Assembly: GCA_963676565.1 (NCBI GenBank)
Contig: OY781089.1
Span: forward strand, 608,001-672,000
Length of the DNA stretch: 64,000 nucleotides
Direction: 5' to 3'
Origin: Halarcobacter sp.
GTDB taxonomy: Bacteria; Campylobacterota; Campylobacteria; Campylobacterales; Arcobacteraceae
Positions 9,737 to 20,435 of this stretch are shown here, piece after piece. A program made the translations under genes and the position numbers. Under the pieces are notes generated by a model. That model searched no databases, was not told the origin of the DNA, and worked only from the letters and a program-made list of their open reading frames with translations. Within the stretch, counting starts at the first letter, position 1. Every line of letters starts with the position of its first letter.

Positions 9737-10534
9737 ATGAAAGGCAAAAATGAAGAGCAAGTTGAAGAAGAAACTAGATTAAATAAATTTATCTCTCATA
9801 ATAGTAATTATTCAAGAAGAGAAGCGGATAAGATAATAGAAGAGGGTAAAGTTTCGATTAATGGTACTCCTGTAAAAAATCTTGCGACAAAAGTTAAACC
9901 TGATGATATTGTAAGGATTGGCAAAAAGATTATCAAAGAAGATAAAAATAGAATGTATACAGTAATTATGTATAATAAGCCAAAAGGGGAACTTGTAACT
10001 AAAAATGACCCTCAAGGTAGAAAAGTTATCTTTGATTCTTTAGATAAAAAATATAAACACTTTATGCCAATTGGAAGACTTGATTATTCAAGTGAAGGTT
10101 TAATACTTTTAACAGATTCAGTTGATGTTGCTAATAAATTAATGCATTCAAAACTTGAGAGAATCTATAAAATAAAAGTAAATGGTGAAATCCATAAAAA
10201 AGTAGAAGAGGCAATGTTAAATGGCCTTGAACTTGAAGATGCAACAACAGGTGCCCATGAAAAATCAAAAATAAAATCGATGAATTTTGAGCCATTCATT
10301 GCATATCAAATTATCTCAAATAATAAAAATTTCTCTAAACTGAAAGTTGCAATTGCAGAAGGAAAGAATAGGGAGCTTAGAAGATTTTTTGGACATTTTG
10401 GTTTAGAAGTTATGGACTTAAAAAGGTTTGAGTTTGGTGGAATTTCACTAAACAATCTTCCTACAGGAAAATCAAGATATCTTACAAAAGATGAATATAA
10501 AGATTTAAGATTATTCCTAAACGAAAATGAATGA
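9737..10534 (+). CDS. rRNA pseudouridine synthase (RsuA/RluB family, S4 domain)
   Basis: SRREAD S4 motif; GRLDYSSEGL; EGKNRELRR. Confidence 0.92.
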   Translation: MKGKNEEQVEEETRLNKFISHNSNYSRREADKIIEEGKVSINGTPVKNLATKVKPDDIVRIGKKIIKEDKNRMYTVIMYNKPKGELVTKNDPQGRKVIFDSLDKKYKHFMPIGRLDYSSEGLILLTDSVDVANKLMHSKLERIYKIKVNGEIHKKVEEAMLNGLELEDATTGAHEKSKIKSMNFEPFIAYQIISNNKNFSKLKVAIAEGKNRELRRFFGHFGLEVMDLKRFEFGGISLNNLPTGKSRYLTKDEYKDLRLFLNENE

Positions 10535-11711
10535 TTTAGCTAACAAATTACGTCCACAAAATCTAAATGATTTTGTTGGGCAAACTCACATTATTGGAAA
10601 AAATAAAGCCCTTTATAAACTAATAGAAAAAAAAGAGATACCCCATCTGTTTTTTTATGGAAAACCAGGGACGGGAAAAACAACTCTTGCCAAAATTATT
10701 GCAAAACATATTGGAACTGATTATTACTACTTTAATGCAACAACTATTAAAATTGATGATTTAAGAAAGATTTTTACAAGATATAAAGATTCACTAATAA
10801 AACCAGTTATGTTTATTGATGAAGTACATCGACTTTCAAAAAACCAACAAGAAGTTTTACTTCCCATTATGGAAAATTATGAAGCAATAATTATAGGTGC
10901 CAGTACAGAAAATCCTTTTTTTACTTTAACAAGTGCAATTAGATCTAGGTCTTTTTTATATGAGTTTAAAGCCTTTACAAAAGAGGATATGAATAAGGTA
11001 TTAGACAAAGCAATTGCAAATACGCAAATAAAGATAAATGAAGAGGCTAGAGAGTACTTAATCTTATCAAGTAGTGGTGATGCTAGGGCTATGTTAAATC
11101 TTCTTAATTTTGCCATTAAAATTGATTTAGATGTAAAGTATGAAACATTGAAAGAATTAAGAGTAAATGTAATTGGTGATGGAGTTAGTTCTAAAGATTC
11201 TCACTACGATTTGGCAAGTGCAATGATAAAATCTCTTAGGGGTTCAGATGTCGATGCAGCATTATACTATTTAGCAAGATTGATTGATGGTGGAGAGAGT
11301 GTTGAATTTATTACAAGAAGGTTAGTGATTTTTGCTAGTGAAGATATTGGTAATGCAAATCCAAATGCACTAAATCTTGCAGTAAGTACAATGTTAGCAA
11401 CATCAAAGATTGGATACCCAGAAAGTAGAATTCTTTTAGGACAATGTGCAATATATTTAGCATCATGCCCTAAATCAAATTCTGCATATATGGGAATCAA
11501 TAAAGCACTTAATGAAGTAAAAAATGGTAAAATTTTGGATATACCAAAACATCTTGATAGTCAGCATGTTGGGTATTTGTATCCGCACGATTTCGGAGGA
11601 TGGGTAAAGCAAGAGTATTTGGCAAAGCCTTTAAGAATTTATGAATCGCTAAATGTAGGGTACGAAAAAACATTAAATGAGTGGCTTTTAAAAATTAAAG
11701 GTCAAGATTAA
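10527..11711 (+). CDS. rarA: Replication-associated recombination protein A (AAA+)
   Basis: GKPGTGKTT, FIDEVHR, IKSLRGSD, SEDIGNANP. Confidence 0.95.
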   Translation: MNDLANKLRPQNLNDFVGQTHIIGKNKALYKLIEKKEIPHLFFYGKPGTGKTTLAKIIAKHIGTDYYYFNATTIKIDDLRKIFTRYKDSLIKPVMFIDEVHRLSKNQQEVLLPIMENYEAIIIGASTENPFFTLTSAIRSRSFLYEFKAFTKEDMNKVLDKAIANTQIKINEEAREYLILSSSGDARAMLNLLNFAIKIDLDVKYETLKELRVNVIGDGVSSKDSHYDLASAMIKSLRGSDVDAALYYLARLIDGGESVEFITRRLVIFASEDIGNANPNALNLAVSTMLATSKIGYPESRILLGQCAIYLASCPKSNSAYMGINKALNEVKNGKILDIPKHLDSQHVGYLYPHDFGGWVKQEYLAKPLRIYESLNVGYEKTLNEWLLKIKGQD

Positions 11712-11729
11712 AACTTAAAGGGCGAATAA

Positions 11730-12260
11730 ATGGACGTTTTCTTAGAGTACTATCTATGGATAGTAGTTTTTCACGTTATGGCAATGATGTCATGGATGGC
11801 AATGCTATTCTATCAGCCAAGGCTTTATGTTTACCATACCGAACATAAAAATAAAAAAGACTTTGTAGATGTAGTAAAAATCCAAGAGTATAAGATGTAC
11901 AAGTATATTGGTTTACCTGCTATGTGGGCAACTTTTATTAGTGGTATTTTTATGATTTACCTAAGACCAGATTTACTACAAGGTGATGGTTGGATGGTAG
12001 CTAAAATTGTAGCTGTATTAATCTTAATGGCATACTCTTTTTCATTGGAATATTATAGAGTTCAATTGGAAAAAGGAAACTTTTCTAAAAGTGGTAATTT
12101 CTTTAGAGCGTATAATGAAGTACCTACAGTATTATCAATTTTGATTGTAGGTTATGTAATTACAAAAACTTTTTCTATCTGGTTTACTATTATTACACTT
12201 CTTTTTGGAGCATTTATCATATACAAAGTATTAAAACAAACACCAAAAGATGCTGAATGA
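11730..12260 (+). CDS. hemJ: Protoporphyrinogen oxidase HemJ
   Basis: FHVMAMMSWMAMLFYQPRLYVYH; FFRAYNEVPT. Confidence 0.92.
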   Translation: MDVFLEYYLWIVVFHVMAMMSWMAMLFYQPRLYVYHTEHKNKKDFVDVVKIQEYKMYKYIGLPAMWATFISGIFMIYLRPDLLQGDGWMVAKIVAVLILMAYSFSLEYYRVQLEKGNFSKSGNFFRAYNEVPTVLSILIVGYVITKTFSIWFTIITLLFGAFIIYKVLKQTPKDAE

Positions 12261-13675
12261 ATTTTGAGAAAATTTATGTATTAGACACAAATATCTTACT
12301 TGAAGATGCAACAAATATCTTCAAGCTAAGTGATGAAAATAAAAATCTGATTGTATTACCTGAGACAGTTTTAGATGAGATTGATACAAAAAAAAGTGGT
12401 TTTGATGAGATAAACTTCCAAGCAAGAGAATTTGCAAGAATACTTGAAAATTCTGACATTATAAGTTCAACTAATCAAGACGAACATAAGATTGTAAGAC
12501 TTGAAATTTATGGAAATAAAAATGCAACAATAGATGTAATCTCAAAAGAGAATTATGAAGTTAATACAAAAAATGTAGCATCCAATATCATAAATGATAG
12601 AAAGATTTTAGAAATTGCAAAGTATTGTTTTAAACACTATGAAAATTCTGATATAACATTTTTATCTTTGGATATTATGGCAAGAACAAGAGCTGTTAGT
12701 CTAGATATTAAAACAGATTCACTAATAGGATCAGATAAAGAAGAGTTTAATTATGAGTTTATAAAAACTATTGAAATACCCTTTGAAAAAACAGAATTTT
12801 TACAAGATTCATTAATTACAGATTTTGATGAAGATTATAAACCATACAATTTTTGTTATTGCTTCAAAGTTAAAAGTTCAGATCAAGTAATCTTAACATA
12901 TATTCAAAATAAAAGAATCTATCTTTTAGATGAAACAGAGATTAGAAATCAAATAATTGTTCCACTAAATAAAGAACAACTTTTCTTTTCAAATGCAATA
13001 CTTTCACACTTTTACAATGTTTTAATTGTAGAGGCTAAAGCTGGTTCAGGTAAAACTTTGTTAGCTTTAAGTGGAGCATTAAAGCTTATTAGACAAAAAT
13101 TTTTCCAAAGAATTATATATATTAGAAATTCAATTGAATCATTAGATAAAGGTGAAGATGTTGGTTATCTTCCAGGTTTAGAAGAAAAATTTAAAATATA
13201 TAATCATCCTTTAATGGATAGTTTAGATTATATTATAAGAACTGAATATAAAAAGAAACAATCAAATAGAAAAAACAATGAAAATATTCAAGAACTAGAT
13301 GATCAAGAAGTTAATCAAAGAGTAGAGCAACTTATTCAAAATTATGGAATTGAAACAATGTGGGTTGGAGAGATGAGAGGAAGAACTTTATCAAATGCTT
13401 TTGTAATTATTGATGAAGCTCAAAATATGTCAAATAAAACTATGCAAATGGTGTTATCAAGAATTGATAATTCATGTAAAGTTGTTGTATTAGGTAGTAA
13501 TAAACAAATTGATAACTTCTATGTAAATAAACACACAAATTCATTAACTACACTTTTAAACTCAACAAAAAATGGAAGTGAATTAGTTAACACTTTTGCA
13601 ATTAAACTTCAAAAGGTTCTTAGAGGTCCAATCACTGAATGGGCAGAACAAATTTTCTCAACTAAAAACAAATAA
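12257..13675 (+). CDS. PIN-PhoH (PhoH2/YlaK-like) protein
   Basis: N-terminal PIN YVLDTNILL; AGSGKT; GYLPG; MRGRT; DEAQN. Confidence 0.9.
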   Translation: MNFEKIYVLDTNILLEDATNIFKLSDENKNLIVLPETVLDEIDTKKSGFDEINFQAREFARILENSDIISSTNQDEHKIVRLEIYGNKNATIDVISKENYEVNTKNVASNIINDRKILEIAKYCFKHYENSDITFLSLDIMARTRAVSLDIKTDSLIGSDKEEFNYEFIKTIEIPFEKTEFLQDSLITDFDEDYKPYNFCYCFKVKSSDQVILTYIQNKRIYLLDETEIRNQIIVPLNKEQLFFSNAILSHFYNVLIVEAKAGSGKTLLALSGALKLIRQKFFQRIIYIRNSIESLDKGEDVGYLPGLEEKFKIYNHPLMDSLDYIIRTEYKKKQSNRKNNENIQELDDQEVNQRVEQLIQNYGIETMWVGEMRGRTLSNAFVIIDEAQNMSNKTMQMVLSRIDNSCKVVVLGSNKQIDNFYVNKHTNSLTTLLNSTKNGSELVNTFAIKLQKVLRGPITEWAEQIFSTKNK

Positions 13676-13734
13676 TAGCTTATTAAAATAAATTTTGGTA
13701 CCTTTACTAAATAAAATATGTAAAGGTATACAAA

Positions 13735-14664
13735 ATGAAAATCGTATTTTTAGACAGAAAAACAATTGGTTATGATATTGACATAAGTAAATTTGAAACT
13801 CTTGGTGATTTAACCATATATGACACTACAAATGAAGATGAGACTCTAGATAGAGTAAAAACTGCAGATATAGTAATTACTAACAAAGTAGTAATAGATA
13901 AAAAAATAATGGAAAATTCAAATTTAAAACTTATATGTATCACAGCTACAGGAACTGATAATATTGACCTTAAATTCGCAAAAGAAAAAGGTATAGTAGT
14001 AAAAAATGTTGCTGGCTATTCGACAGCTAGTGTATCTCAAGTAACTTTTGCTCATGTATTTCACTTTGTACAAAAGTTAAATTATTATATTGACTATGTT
14101 AAAAAAGGTAATTGGGGAGAGTCTGATATATTCACACATATAGACAAACCTTTTTACGAATTAAAAAACAAAAACTGGGGAATTATTGGTTTAGGTGAAA
14201 TTGGAACAAAAGTTGCAACTATAGCAAAAAGCTTTGGTTGTAATGTAAGTTACTATTCAACTTCAGGTAGGAATTCTAATACGGATTTTAAACAAAAAAG
14301 TTTAGAAGATTTATTAGAAGAATCAGACATAGTAACTATACATGCACCTTTAAATGATTCAACTTTTAATTTGATTAATAAATCTAATTTAAATTTGTTG
14401 AAAGATGGAGCAATTTTAGTAAATGTTGGTCGAGGTGGAATAATAAATGAAAAAGATTTAGCTGATGCTATAGATGGAGATAAAGTACTATTTTGTGGAC
14501 TTGATGTTGTGAGTAAGGAACCTATATTAAAAACTAATCCACTAAATTTTGTACAAAATAAAGATAGACTTATAATTACACCACATATAGCTTGGGGTTC
14601 AACAGAAGCAAGAAATAGAGTGATGAACTTAGTATTTGACAACATACAAGAATACATAGTATAA
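13735..14664 (+). CDS. D-2-hydroxyacid dehydrogenase
   Basis: GIIGLGEIG, NVGRGG, TPHIAW. Confidence 0.92.
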   Translation: MKIVFLDRKTIGYDIDISKFETLGDLTIYDTTNEDETLDRVKTADIVITNKVVIDKKIMENSNLKLICITATGTDNIDLKFAKEKGIVVKNVAGYSTASVSQVTFAHVFHFVQKLNYYIDYVKKGNWGESDIFTHIDKPFYELKNKNWGIIGLGEIGTKVATIAKSFGCNVSYYSTSGRNSNTDFKQKSLEDLLEESDIVTIHAPLNDSTFNLINKSNLNLLKDGAILVNVGRGGIINEKDLADAIDGDKVLFCGLDVVSKEPILKTNPLNFVQNKDRLIITPHIAWGSTEARNRVMNLVFDNIQEYIV

Positions 14665-14693
14665 TACATATTATAATTTGCATAGGAGTAAGC

Positions 14694-15125
14694 ATGGATC
14701 CTTTACACTACACTTCAGAAGAGATGTATTCATCTACAGAGTTGATAAGAAAAAGTAAAAAAATCTTTGATAAGTTAAATAAAAAAGAGATTGAAAAAGC
14801 AATAATTTTGCGGGATGGGAAACCTGGTTTTATGTTATTGGAGTTTTCAGAATATGAAAAAATCATGAAAGAATATTTAACTTTAAAGCAAATGAATAGT
14901 AACTCAAATAAAAAAATTAATGAAGAGATAAAAGTTACAAAAGATGAGAAAGAAACTAAAATTGAACATCAAAAAGTTGAACTTAGTGAAAAGGATTTGG
15001 AAGAAGCCTTAAAAGAGATTGAGAATTTAGATATTGGAGATGAGTCTAACTTTATAGATAGCGATTCTTCAATTAATGAAAAAACAATAGAACAAAAAGA
15101 AGCCTTAAAAGAGTTTTGGGAGTAA
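14694..15125 (+). CDS. Hypothetical protein with Phd/YefM-like N-terminus and acidic tail
   Basis: YSSTELIRK...AIILRDGKP pattern resembles Phd antitoxin DNA-binding domain. Confidence 0.45.
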   Translation: MDPLHYTSEEMYSSTELIRKSKKIFDKLNKKEIEKAIILRDGKPGFMLLEFSEYEKIMKEYLTLKQMNSNSNKKINEEIKVTKDEKETKIEHQKVELSEKDLEEALKEIENLDIGDESNFIDSDSSINEKTIEQKEALKEFWE

Positions 15126-15126
15126 A

Positions 15127-16731
15127 ATGATTGATGTATTGATAATTGGTTCAGGGGGAGCAGGATTAACTGCGGCTCTAAAAGCAAAAGAAAATGGCAG
15201 TAAAGTATTAGTTGTATCTAAAACATATCCCACCCATTCACAAACATGTCAAGCCCAGGGTGGGATAAATGCTGTATTAAATGAAACCAAAGATGATAAT
15301 ACTCAAAATTATATAAATGACACCTATAAAGCTTCCCATAAATTAGCAAATCAAAAAAACATTAAATACTTATGTGAAAACTCAAAAATTACTTTAAAAT
15401 GGTTAGACTCAATAGGAGTTCCTTTTAGTAGAAATGAAGACTCTGAAATCGCCCAAAGAAAATTTGGAGGTACTAAAGCTAAAAGAACTTGTTATAGTTC
15501 AGATTATACAGGCTTAAAAATACTTCACACCTTATATGATCAATGTATTAAAGAAGAAATAGAGTTTTTAAATGAGCACTATTTATTAGATTTAGTAGTT
15601 GAAGATAACTGTGTAAAGGGTGCTATTGTTCTTAATATGCAAACATCTGAACTTATTCAAATAAATGCAAAAACTGTAATTTTAGCAACAGGTGGATATG
15701 CTGGGCTTTATGATCAGTTTACTACTAACTCTTTTGTTTCAACTGGTGATGGTATAGCAGTAGCTTTAAGGGCAAAAGCAAAATTATCAAATATGGAATT
15801 TATCCAATTTCACCCAACTACATTAGAAAATAAAAATATTTTAATAAGTGAAAGTGCAAGGGGTGAGGGTGGTTATTTAGTTGATAAAGATGGGAATAGA
15901 TTTATTGATGAATTAAAACCAAGGGATGAAGTAGCAAGGGCAATCTTTAAAAAGAATCATGATGGGAAAAAAGTATATTTAGACTTAAGACATCTTGGCC
16001 TTGAAAAAATAAAAGAGGTAATGCCTCAAGAAAGAAGACTAGTAATTGACTTTTTAAATCTAAAAATGGAAGAGGATTTAATACCAATCAATCCATCAGC
16101 ACATTACACTATGGGAGGTATTGAAACAGATATAGATGCAAAAACTTCTATAACAAATCTATATGCCTGTGGAGAGTGTTCACAAAGTGGAATACATGGG
16201 GCAAATAGACTAGGAGGAAACTCTTTATTAGAGATTATCACCTTTGGTCAGGTTGCAGGAAAAAATGCAAGTCAATGTGCAAAAAATATCGATAATTTGA
16301 ATATAAATGATACACAACTTAAAAAAAATAAAAAAGAAATAGAAGAGATATTTAAAAAAGATAGCACTATAGACTACTTAAAAATAAAAAAAGAGATAGG
16401 AAAACTTTTTTTTGTAAATGTAGGATTATTTAGGGAAGAAAGAAAATTAATAAAAGCATTAGATTATATATACAAAAAGAAAGAAGAAATTGAAAAAATA
16501 GGTATAAAAAATAAAGATAGAATATACAACAAAAACCTTATTGAACTACTAGAATTAAAAAATTTAATTACTCTTAGTGAACCTATCTTATTATCAGCAA
16601 TTCAACGAAAAGAGAGTCGTGGGGCTCATTATAGAATAGATTTTAAAGAGAAATCTTTAGAGTATGAAAAAAATAGTGTCTGTTTACTAAAAGAAGGGAA
16701 AATAGAAAACTACTTTGAGGATGTTCTATGA
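15127..16731 (+). CDS. Succinate dehydrogenase/fumarate reductase-family flavoprotein subunit
   Basis: GSGGAG, AQGG, QFHPT, SESARGEGG, HYTMGG, HGANRLGGNSL, ESRGAHYR. Confidence 0.92.
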   Translation: MIDVLIIGSGGAGLTAALKAKENGSKVLVVSKTYPTHSQTCQAQGGINAVLNETKDDNTQNYINDTYKASHKLANQKNIKYLCENSKITLKWLDSIGVPFSRNEDSEIAQRKFGGTKAKRTCYSSDYTGLKILHTLYDQCIKEEIEFLNEHYLLDLVVEDNCVKGAIVLNMQTSELIQINAKTVILATGGYAGLYDQFTTNSFVSTGDGIAVALRAKAKLSNMEFIQFHPTTLENKNILISESARGEGGYLVDKDGNRFIDELKPRDEVARAIFKKNHDGKKVYLDLRHLGLEKIKEVMPQERRLVIDFLNLKMEEDLIPINPSAHYTMGGIETDIDAKTSITNLYACGECSQSGIHGANRLGGNSLLEIITFGQVAGKNASQCAKNIDNLNINDTQLKKNKKEIEEIFKKDSTIDYLKIKKEIGKLFFVNVGLFREERKLIKALDYIYKKKEEIEKIGIKNKDRIYNKNLIELLELKNLITLSEPILLSAIQRKESRGAHYRIDFKEKSLEYEKNSVCLLKEGKIENYFEDVL

Positions 16732-17480
16732 ATATCAAGATAAAAAGATTTAATAGCGAACAAGAGATTAATGAAATAGTAGATTATGATATTAAACATA
16801 ATAAAACTATTTTAGAATCACTTATTGAAGTGAAAGTGAAATATGATGAATATTTAGCCTTTAGATGTGGATGTAGAACAGGTATTTGTGGAAGTTGTTC
16901 TGTAAGAGTAAATGGGGTAGAAAAACTAGCTTGTAAAAGTAAATTAAATGAAAATGATTTAATTGAACCAATTAAAAATACAAAAGTGATAAAAGATCTA
17001 ATTATAGATTTAGAGCATGAATCAAAACTTTTAAAAAGTTCAAACTCTTTTTTAAATAAATTAGAAGAAACAAATATCACTAAAGAAGATGAAAAGTTAA
17101 TAGATACACAAAGTAATTGTATACTTTGCCAAAGTTGTTTTAGCTCATGCCCTATATATGAAGTTAATGATAAATTCTTAGGTCCTTATGCTTTAACAAG
17201 AGTTTTAAGATATGTTGATGATAAAAAAGAATCAAACAAGCTACAAACCTTGGAAAAGGTGCAAGATAATGGAGTATGGGACTGTACTTTATGTGGAAAC
17301 TGTACAATTGTATGTCCACAATTTATAGACCCTAAAACTGATATTATGAATCTAAGAATGAAATCTGTTCAAAATGGCTTTGAAGATAGATCAATGCAAT
17401 ATATGACAGGGGCAGGATTTGATGGTGGATTTGACACAGGTTTTGATCCAACAGGTGGCTTTAATCCAAATGGTTTTTAG
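16728..17480 (+). CDS. SDH/FRD iron-sulfur subunit
   Basis: CRTGICGSC [2Fe-2S]; CILCQSCFSSCP; CTLCGNCTIVCP. Confidence 0.92.
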   Translation: MNIKIKRFNSEQEINEIVDYDIKHNKTILESLIEVKVKYDEYLAFRCGCRTGICGSCSVRVNGVEKLACKSKLNENDLIEPIKNTKVIKDLIIDLEHESKLLKSSNSFLNKLEETNITKEDEKLIDTQSNCILCQSCFSSCPIYEVNDKFLGPYALTRVLRYVDDKKESNKLQTLEKVQDNGVWDCTLCGNCTIVCPQFIDPKTDIMNLRMKSVQNGFEDRSMQYMTGAGFDGGFDTGFDPTGGFNPNGF

Positions 17481-17499
17481 TAAATAAAAAAGAATAAAA

Positions 17500-19032
17500 A
17501 TGGAAGATACTGAACAAATAGACAAAATAGAATTGGTTTATCTAAAAAAAGAAGACCATTTAGAGATTGTACGATTGATGGAAAATGAATATAGACATCT
17601 TGATGATTCAACATGGACTCAAGAGGAGTTTTATGCATTGATTGAAAAGTTTCCAGATGGACAAGTTGGAATTAAAATCAATGATGAATTAGCAGGTTTT
17701 GCTTTATCCATTATTGTTGATTATGATAAATTTGATGACACTCATAGTTATAAAGAGATTACTGGAGATTATAGTTTTAATACCCATGATAAAAATGGAA
17801 ATATGCTTTATGGCGTAGATATTTTTATAAATAAGAAGTTTAGGGGCTTAAGACTTGGAAGAAGACTCTATGAGTTTAGAAAAGAGCTTTGTGAGGAAAA
17901 AAACCTTAAGGGTATTATTTTTGGTGGAAGAATTCCAAACTATGCAAAATATGCAAATGAGATTAGTCCAAAAGAGTATATTCAAAAGGTAAAGTCACGG
18001 GAGATTTATGACCCCGTTTTAAATTTTCAGTTATCAAATGATTTTTATGTAAAAAGGGTTATTAAAAATTATCTTGAAGGTGATATTGAAAGTAAAGAGT
18101 ATGCTTGTCTTTTAAGATGGGATAATATCTATTATTCAAAACCTACAACAAAACCTATGCAAGAAAAGTTAGTAATTAGGTTAGGACTTATTCAATGGCA
18201 AGTAAGACCTTATAAAAATATAGATGAGGTTTTAGAACAAGCAGAGTATTTTGTAAAATCTGTATCAAGCTATAGAAGTGATTTCGCACTTTTCCCAGAG
18301 TTTTTCAATGCCCCTTTAATGGCTAAATATAATCATCTTAGTGAAGCAGATGCCATTAGAAAACTTGCAGAATATACACCACAGTTTAAAGATGCTTTCT
18401 CTTCTCTTGCAATCTCTTATAATATAAATATTATAACTGGAAGTATGCCAGAGCTTGTTGATGGTGTACTCCAAAATGTTGGGTTTTTATGTAAAAGAGA
18501 TGGAACTATTGAAAGGTATGCAAAAATTCATGTAACGCCAGATGAAGAAAAAGTTTGGGGATTACAAGGTTCAAATGAGATTAAAACCTTTGATACTGAT
18601 TGTGGGAAAATTGGAATTTTGATTTGTTATGATTCTGAATTTCCAGAATTAAGTAGATTACTAGCAAATGATGGTATGAATATACTTTTTGTTCCTTTTT
18701 TAACGGATACCCAGAATGGTTACTCAAGAGTTAGGGTATGTGCACAAGCAAGAGCCGTTGAAAACGAATGTTATGTTGCTATTGCAGGATGTGTAGGTAA
18801 CCTTCCAAAAGTTAGTAATATGGATATACAATACGCACAATCAGCGGTATTTACACCTTGTGACTTTGCTTTTCCCTCAAATGGTATAAAAGCAGAATCA
18901 ACGCCTAACACAGAGATGATTTTAATTGCGGATGTTGATTTAGAATTATTAAAAGAGTTACATAATATTGGAAGTGTAAATAATTTAAAAGATAGAAGAA
19001 CAGATATTTATGATGTGATTAGAAAAAACTAA
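17500..19032 (+). CDS. GNAT acetyltransferase / carbon-nitrogen hydrolase fusion
   Basis: FRGLRLGRRL GNAT motif; FPEF, K-I-H, ICYDSEFPE nitrilase triad. Confidence 0.9.
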   Translation: MEDTEQIDKIELVYLKKEDHLEIVRLMENEYRHLDDSTWTQEEFYALIEKFPDGQVGIKINDELAGFALSIIVDYDKFDDTHSYKEITGDYSFNTHDKNGNMLYGVDIFINKKFRGLRLGRRLYEFRKELCEEKNLKGIIFGGRIPNYAKYANEISPKEYIQKVKSREIYDPVLNFQLSNDFYVKRVIKNYLEGDIESKEYACLLRWDNIYYSKPTTKPMQEKLVIRLGLIQWQVRPYKNIDEVLEQAEYFVKSVSSYRSDFALFPEFFNAPLMAKYNHLSEADAIRKLAEYTPQFKDAFSSLAISYNINIITGSMPELVDGVLQNVGFLCKRDGTIERYAKIHVTPDEEKVWGLQGSNEIKTFDTDCGKIGILICYDSEFPELSRLLANDGMNILFVPFLTDTQNGYSRVRVCAQARAVENECYVAIAGCVGNLPKVSNMDIQYAQSAVFTPCDFAFPSNGIKAESTPNTEMILIADVDLELLKELHNIGSVNNLKDRRTDIYDVIRKN

Positions 19033-19051
19033 TCACATCAATAGATTAAAT

Positions 19052-20104
19052 TTATATATTGTCTTTAATATATAAATAATCAGACATTTTTGTCCACTCT
19101 CTTACTTTTTTAATATATGCATCTTGAGAATCTAAAACCTCTTTTAACGCAGGAGATTTAGCTGATAACTCTTTTCTAAGTTCTTTGTTTGCTTTTTTCA
19201 TTGCATCCATAACCTCTTTAGGAAAAGTTTTTACTTGAATAGAAGGAATCTCTTCTTTCATTTTTTTCCATGCAGTAGCATTCATATCATAATTTTGAGC
19301 ATACATATTATAAGCTGCTAATTTCATTGAATTTTCTAAAATTGCTTGTAGATGTTTAGGTAGTTTATCAAAAAGCTTTTTATTAACTATAAAATGCATC
19401 TCTGATGCTGGCTCATGCCATCCTGTATAATAATATGGTGCAACTTTGTGAAATCCCATATTTATATCCATTGATGGTCCAACCCACTCTAATGCATCTA
19501 TATTGTTTCGCTCTAATGCAGTATAAAGTTCCCCAGGCGCAATATTTGTTACTTGTACACCAAGTTTTGCCATGATCTCTCCAGCAAATCCTGGAATTCT
19601 CATTTTAATACCTTTTAAATCATCAACAGTATTAATCTCTTTTTTAAACCATCCACCCATTTGAACTCCAGTACTTCCACCTGGATAAGAATAAAGGTTA
19701 TGTCTTGCATATACTTTTTGCATTAACTCTAAACCACCACCATAATAAAACCAAGCATATTGTTCAGGTGCAGTTAAACCAAAAGGCATAGAAGTAAAAG
19801 GTAGTGTAGCAATATCTTTACCTTTCCAATAATATGAAGCAGAGTGACCTAAATCATATTGACCACCTTTTACCATATCTAAAACTCCAAATGGTGCTTT
19901 ATGCTTATTAGCAGCGTCAACTCTAATTTTTAATTCACCATTAGACATCTCTTCAGCCATTTTTGCCATATTTACAGCCGCATCAAACAATGGAGATAGT
20001 GTTGGTCCCCATGTGGTAGCCATTTTTAGTTTGTAAACTTTTTTTGCAGAAGAAAAACTTACAACTAAAGATACTATAACTAGTATTTTCACCAAATTTC
20101 TCAT
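19052..20104 (-). CDS. Orphan TRAP substrate-binding protein (TakP/monocarboxylate type)
   Basis: QMGGWFKKEI, KMRIPG, DALEWVGP; close paralog of 43789..44862. Confidence 0.92.
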   Translation of the reverse strand: MRNLVKILVIVSLVVSFSSAKKVYKLKMATTWGPTLSPLFDAAVNMAKMAEEMSNGELKIRVDAANKHKAPFGVLDMVKGGQYDLGHSASYYWKGKDIATLPFTSMPFGLTAPEQYAWFYYGGGLELMQKVYARHNLYSYPGGSTGVQMGGWFKKEINTVDDLKGIKMRIPGFAGEIMAKLGVQVTNIAPGELYTALERNNIDALEWVGPSMDINMGFHKVAPYYYTGWHEPASEMHFIVNKKLFDKLPKHLQAILENSMKLAAYNMYAQNYDMNATAWKKMKEEIPSIQVKTFPKEVMDAMKKANKELRKELSAKSPALKEVLDSQDAYIKKVREWTKMSDYLYIKDNI

Positions 20105-20159
20105 TTTTTCCCTTTTTTAAATAGATTAAAAAATTTTAACAGATTATTAATTAAGAAAG

Positions 20160-20435
20160 TTATTTATTTTCGAGTTCAAAGTTAGAAATTTCTGATTCTG
20201 TAAGGTCTGAACCTTTATTTTTATTATTTTCAATTTCAAAACCATTTTCATCATAAGTTGCAGTATCAGTGTCAATATTTTGTGAGGCAGTTGGATGTGT
20301 TTGAATTTCATTTTCAATCATTAATGCTAAGTGATCCTTAGATTTTTCAATACTATTAACTATAAATAGATTAATACCAAGAAATAAAGAGATGGCAAGT
20401 ACAATGAATAAAGTAGTAATTTCAAAATATCTCAA
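20160..20435 (-). CDS. Small hypothetical membrane-anchored protein
   Basis: N-terminal hydrophobic segment; AAGGA SD before the TTG. Confidence 0.55.
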   Translation of the reverse strand: MRYFEITTLFIVLAISLFLGINLFIVNSIEKSKDHLALMIENEIQTHPTASQNIDTDTATYDENGFEIENNKNKGSDLTESEISNFELENK

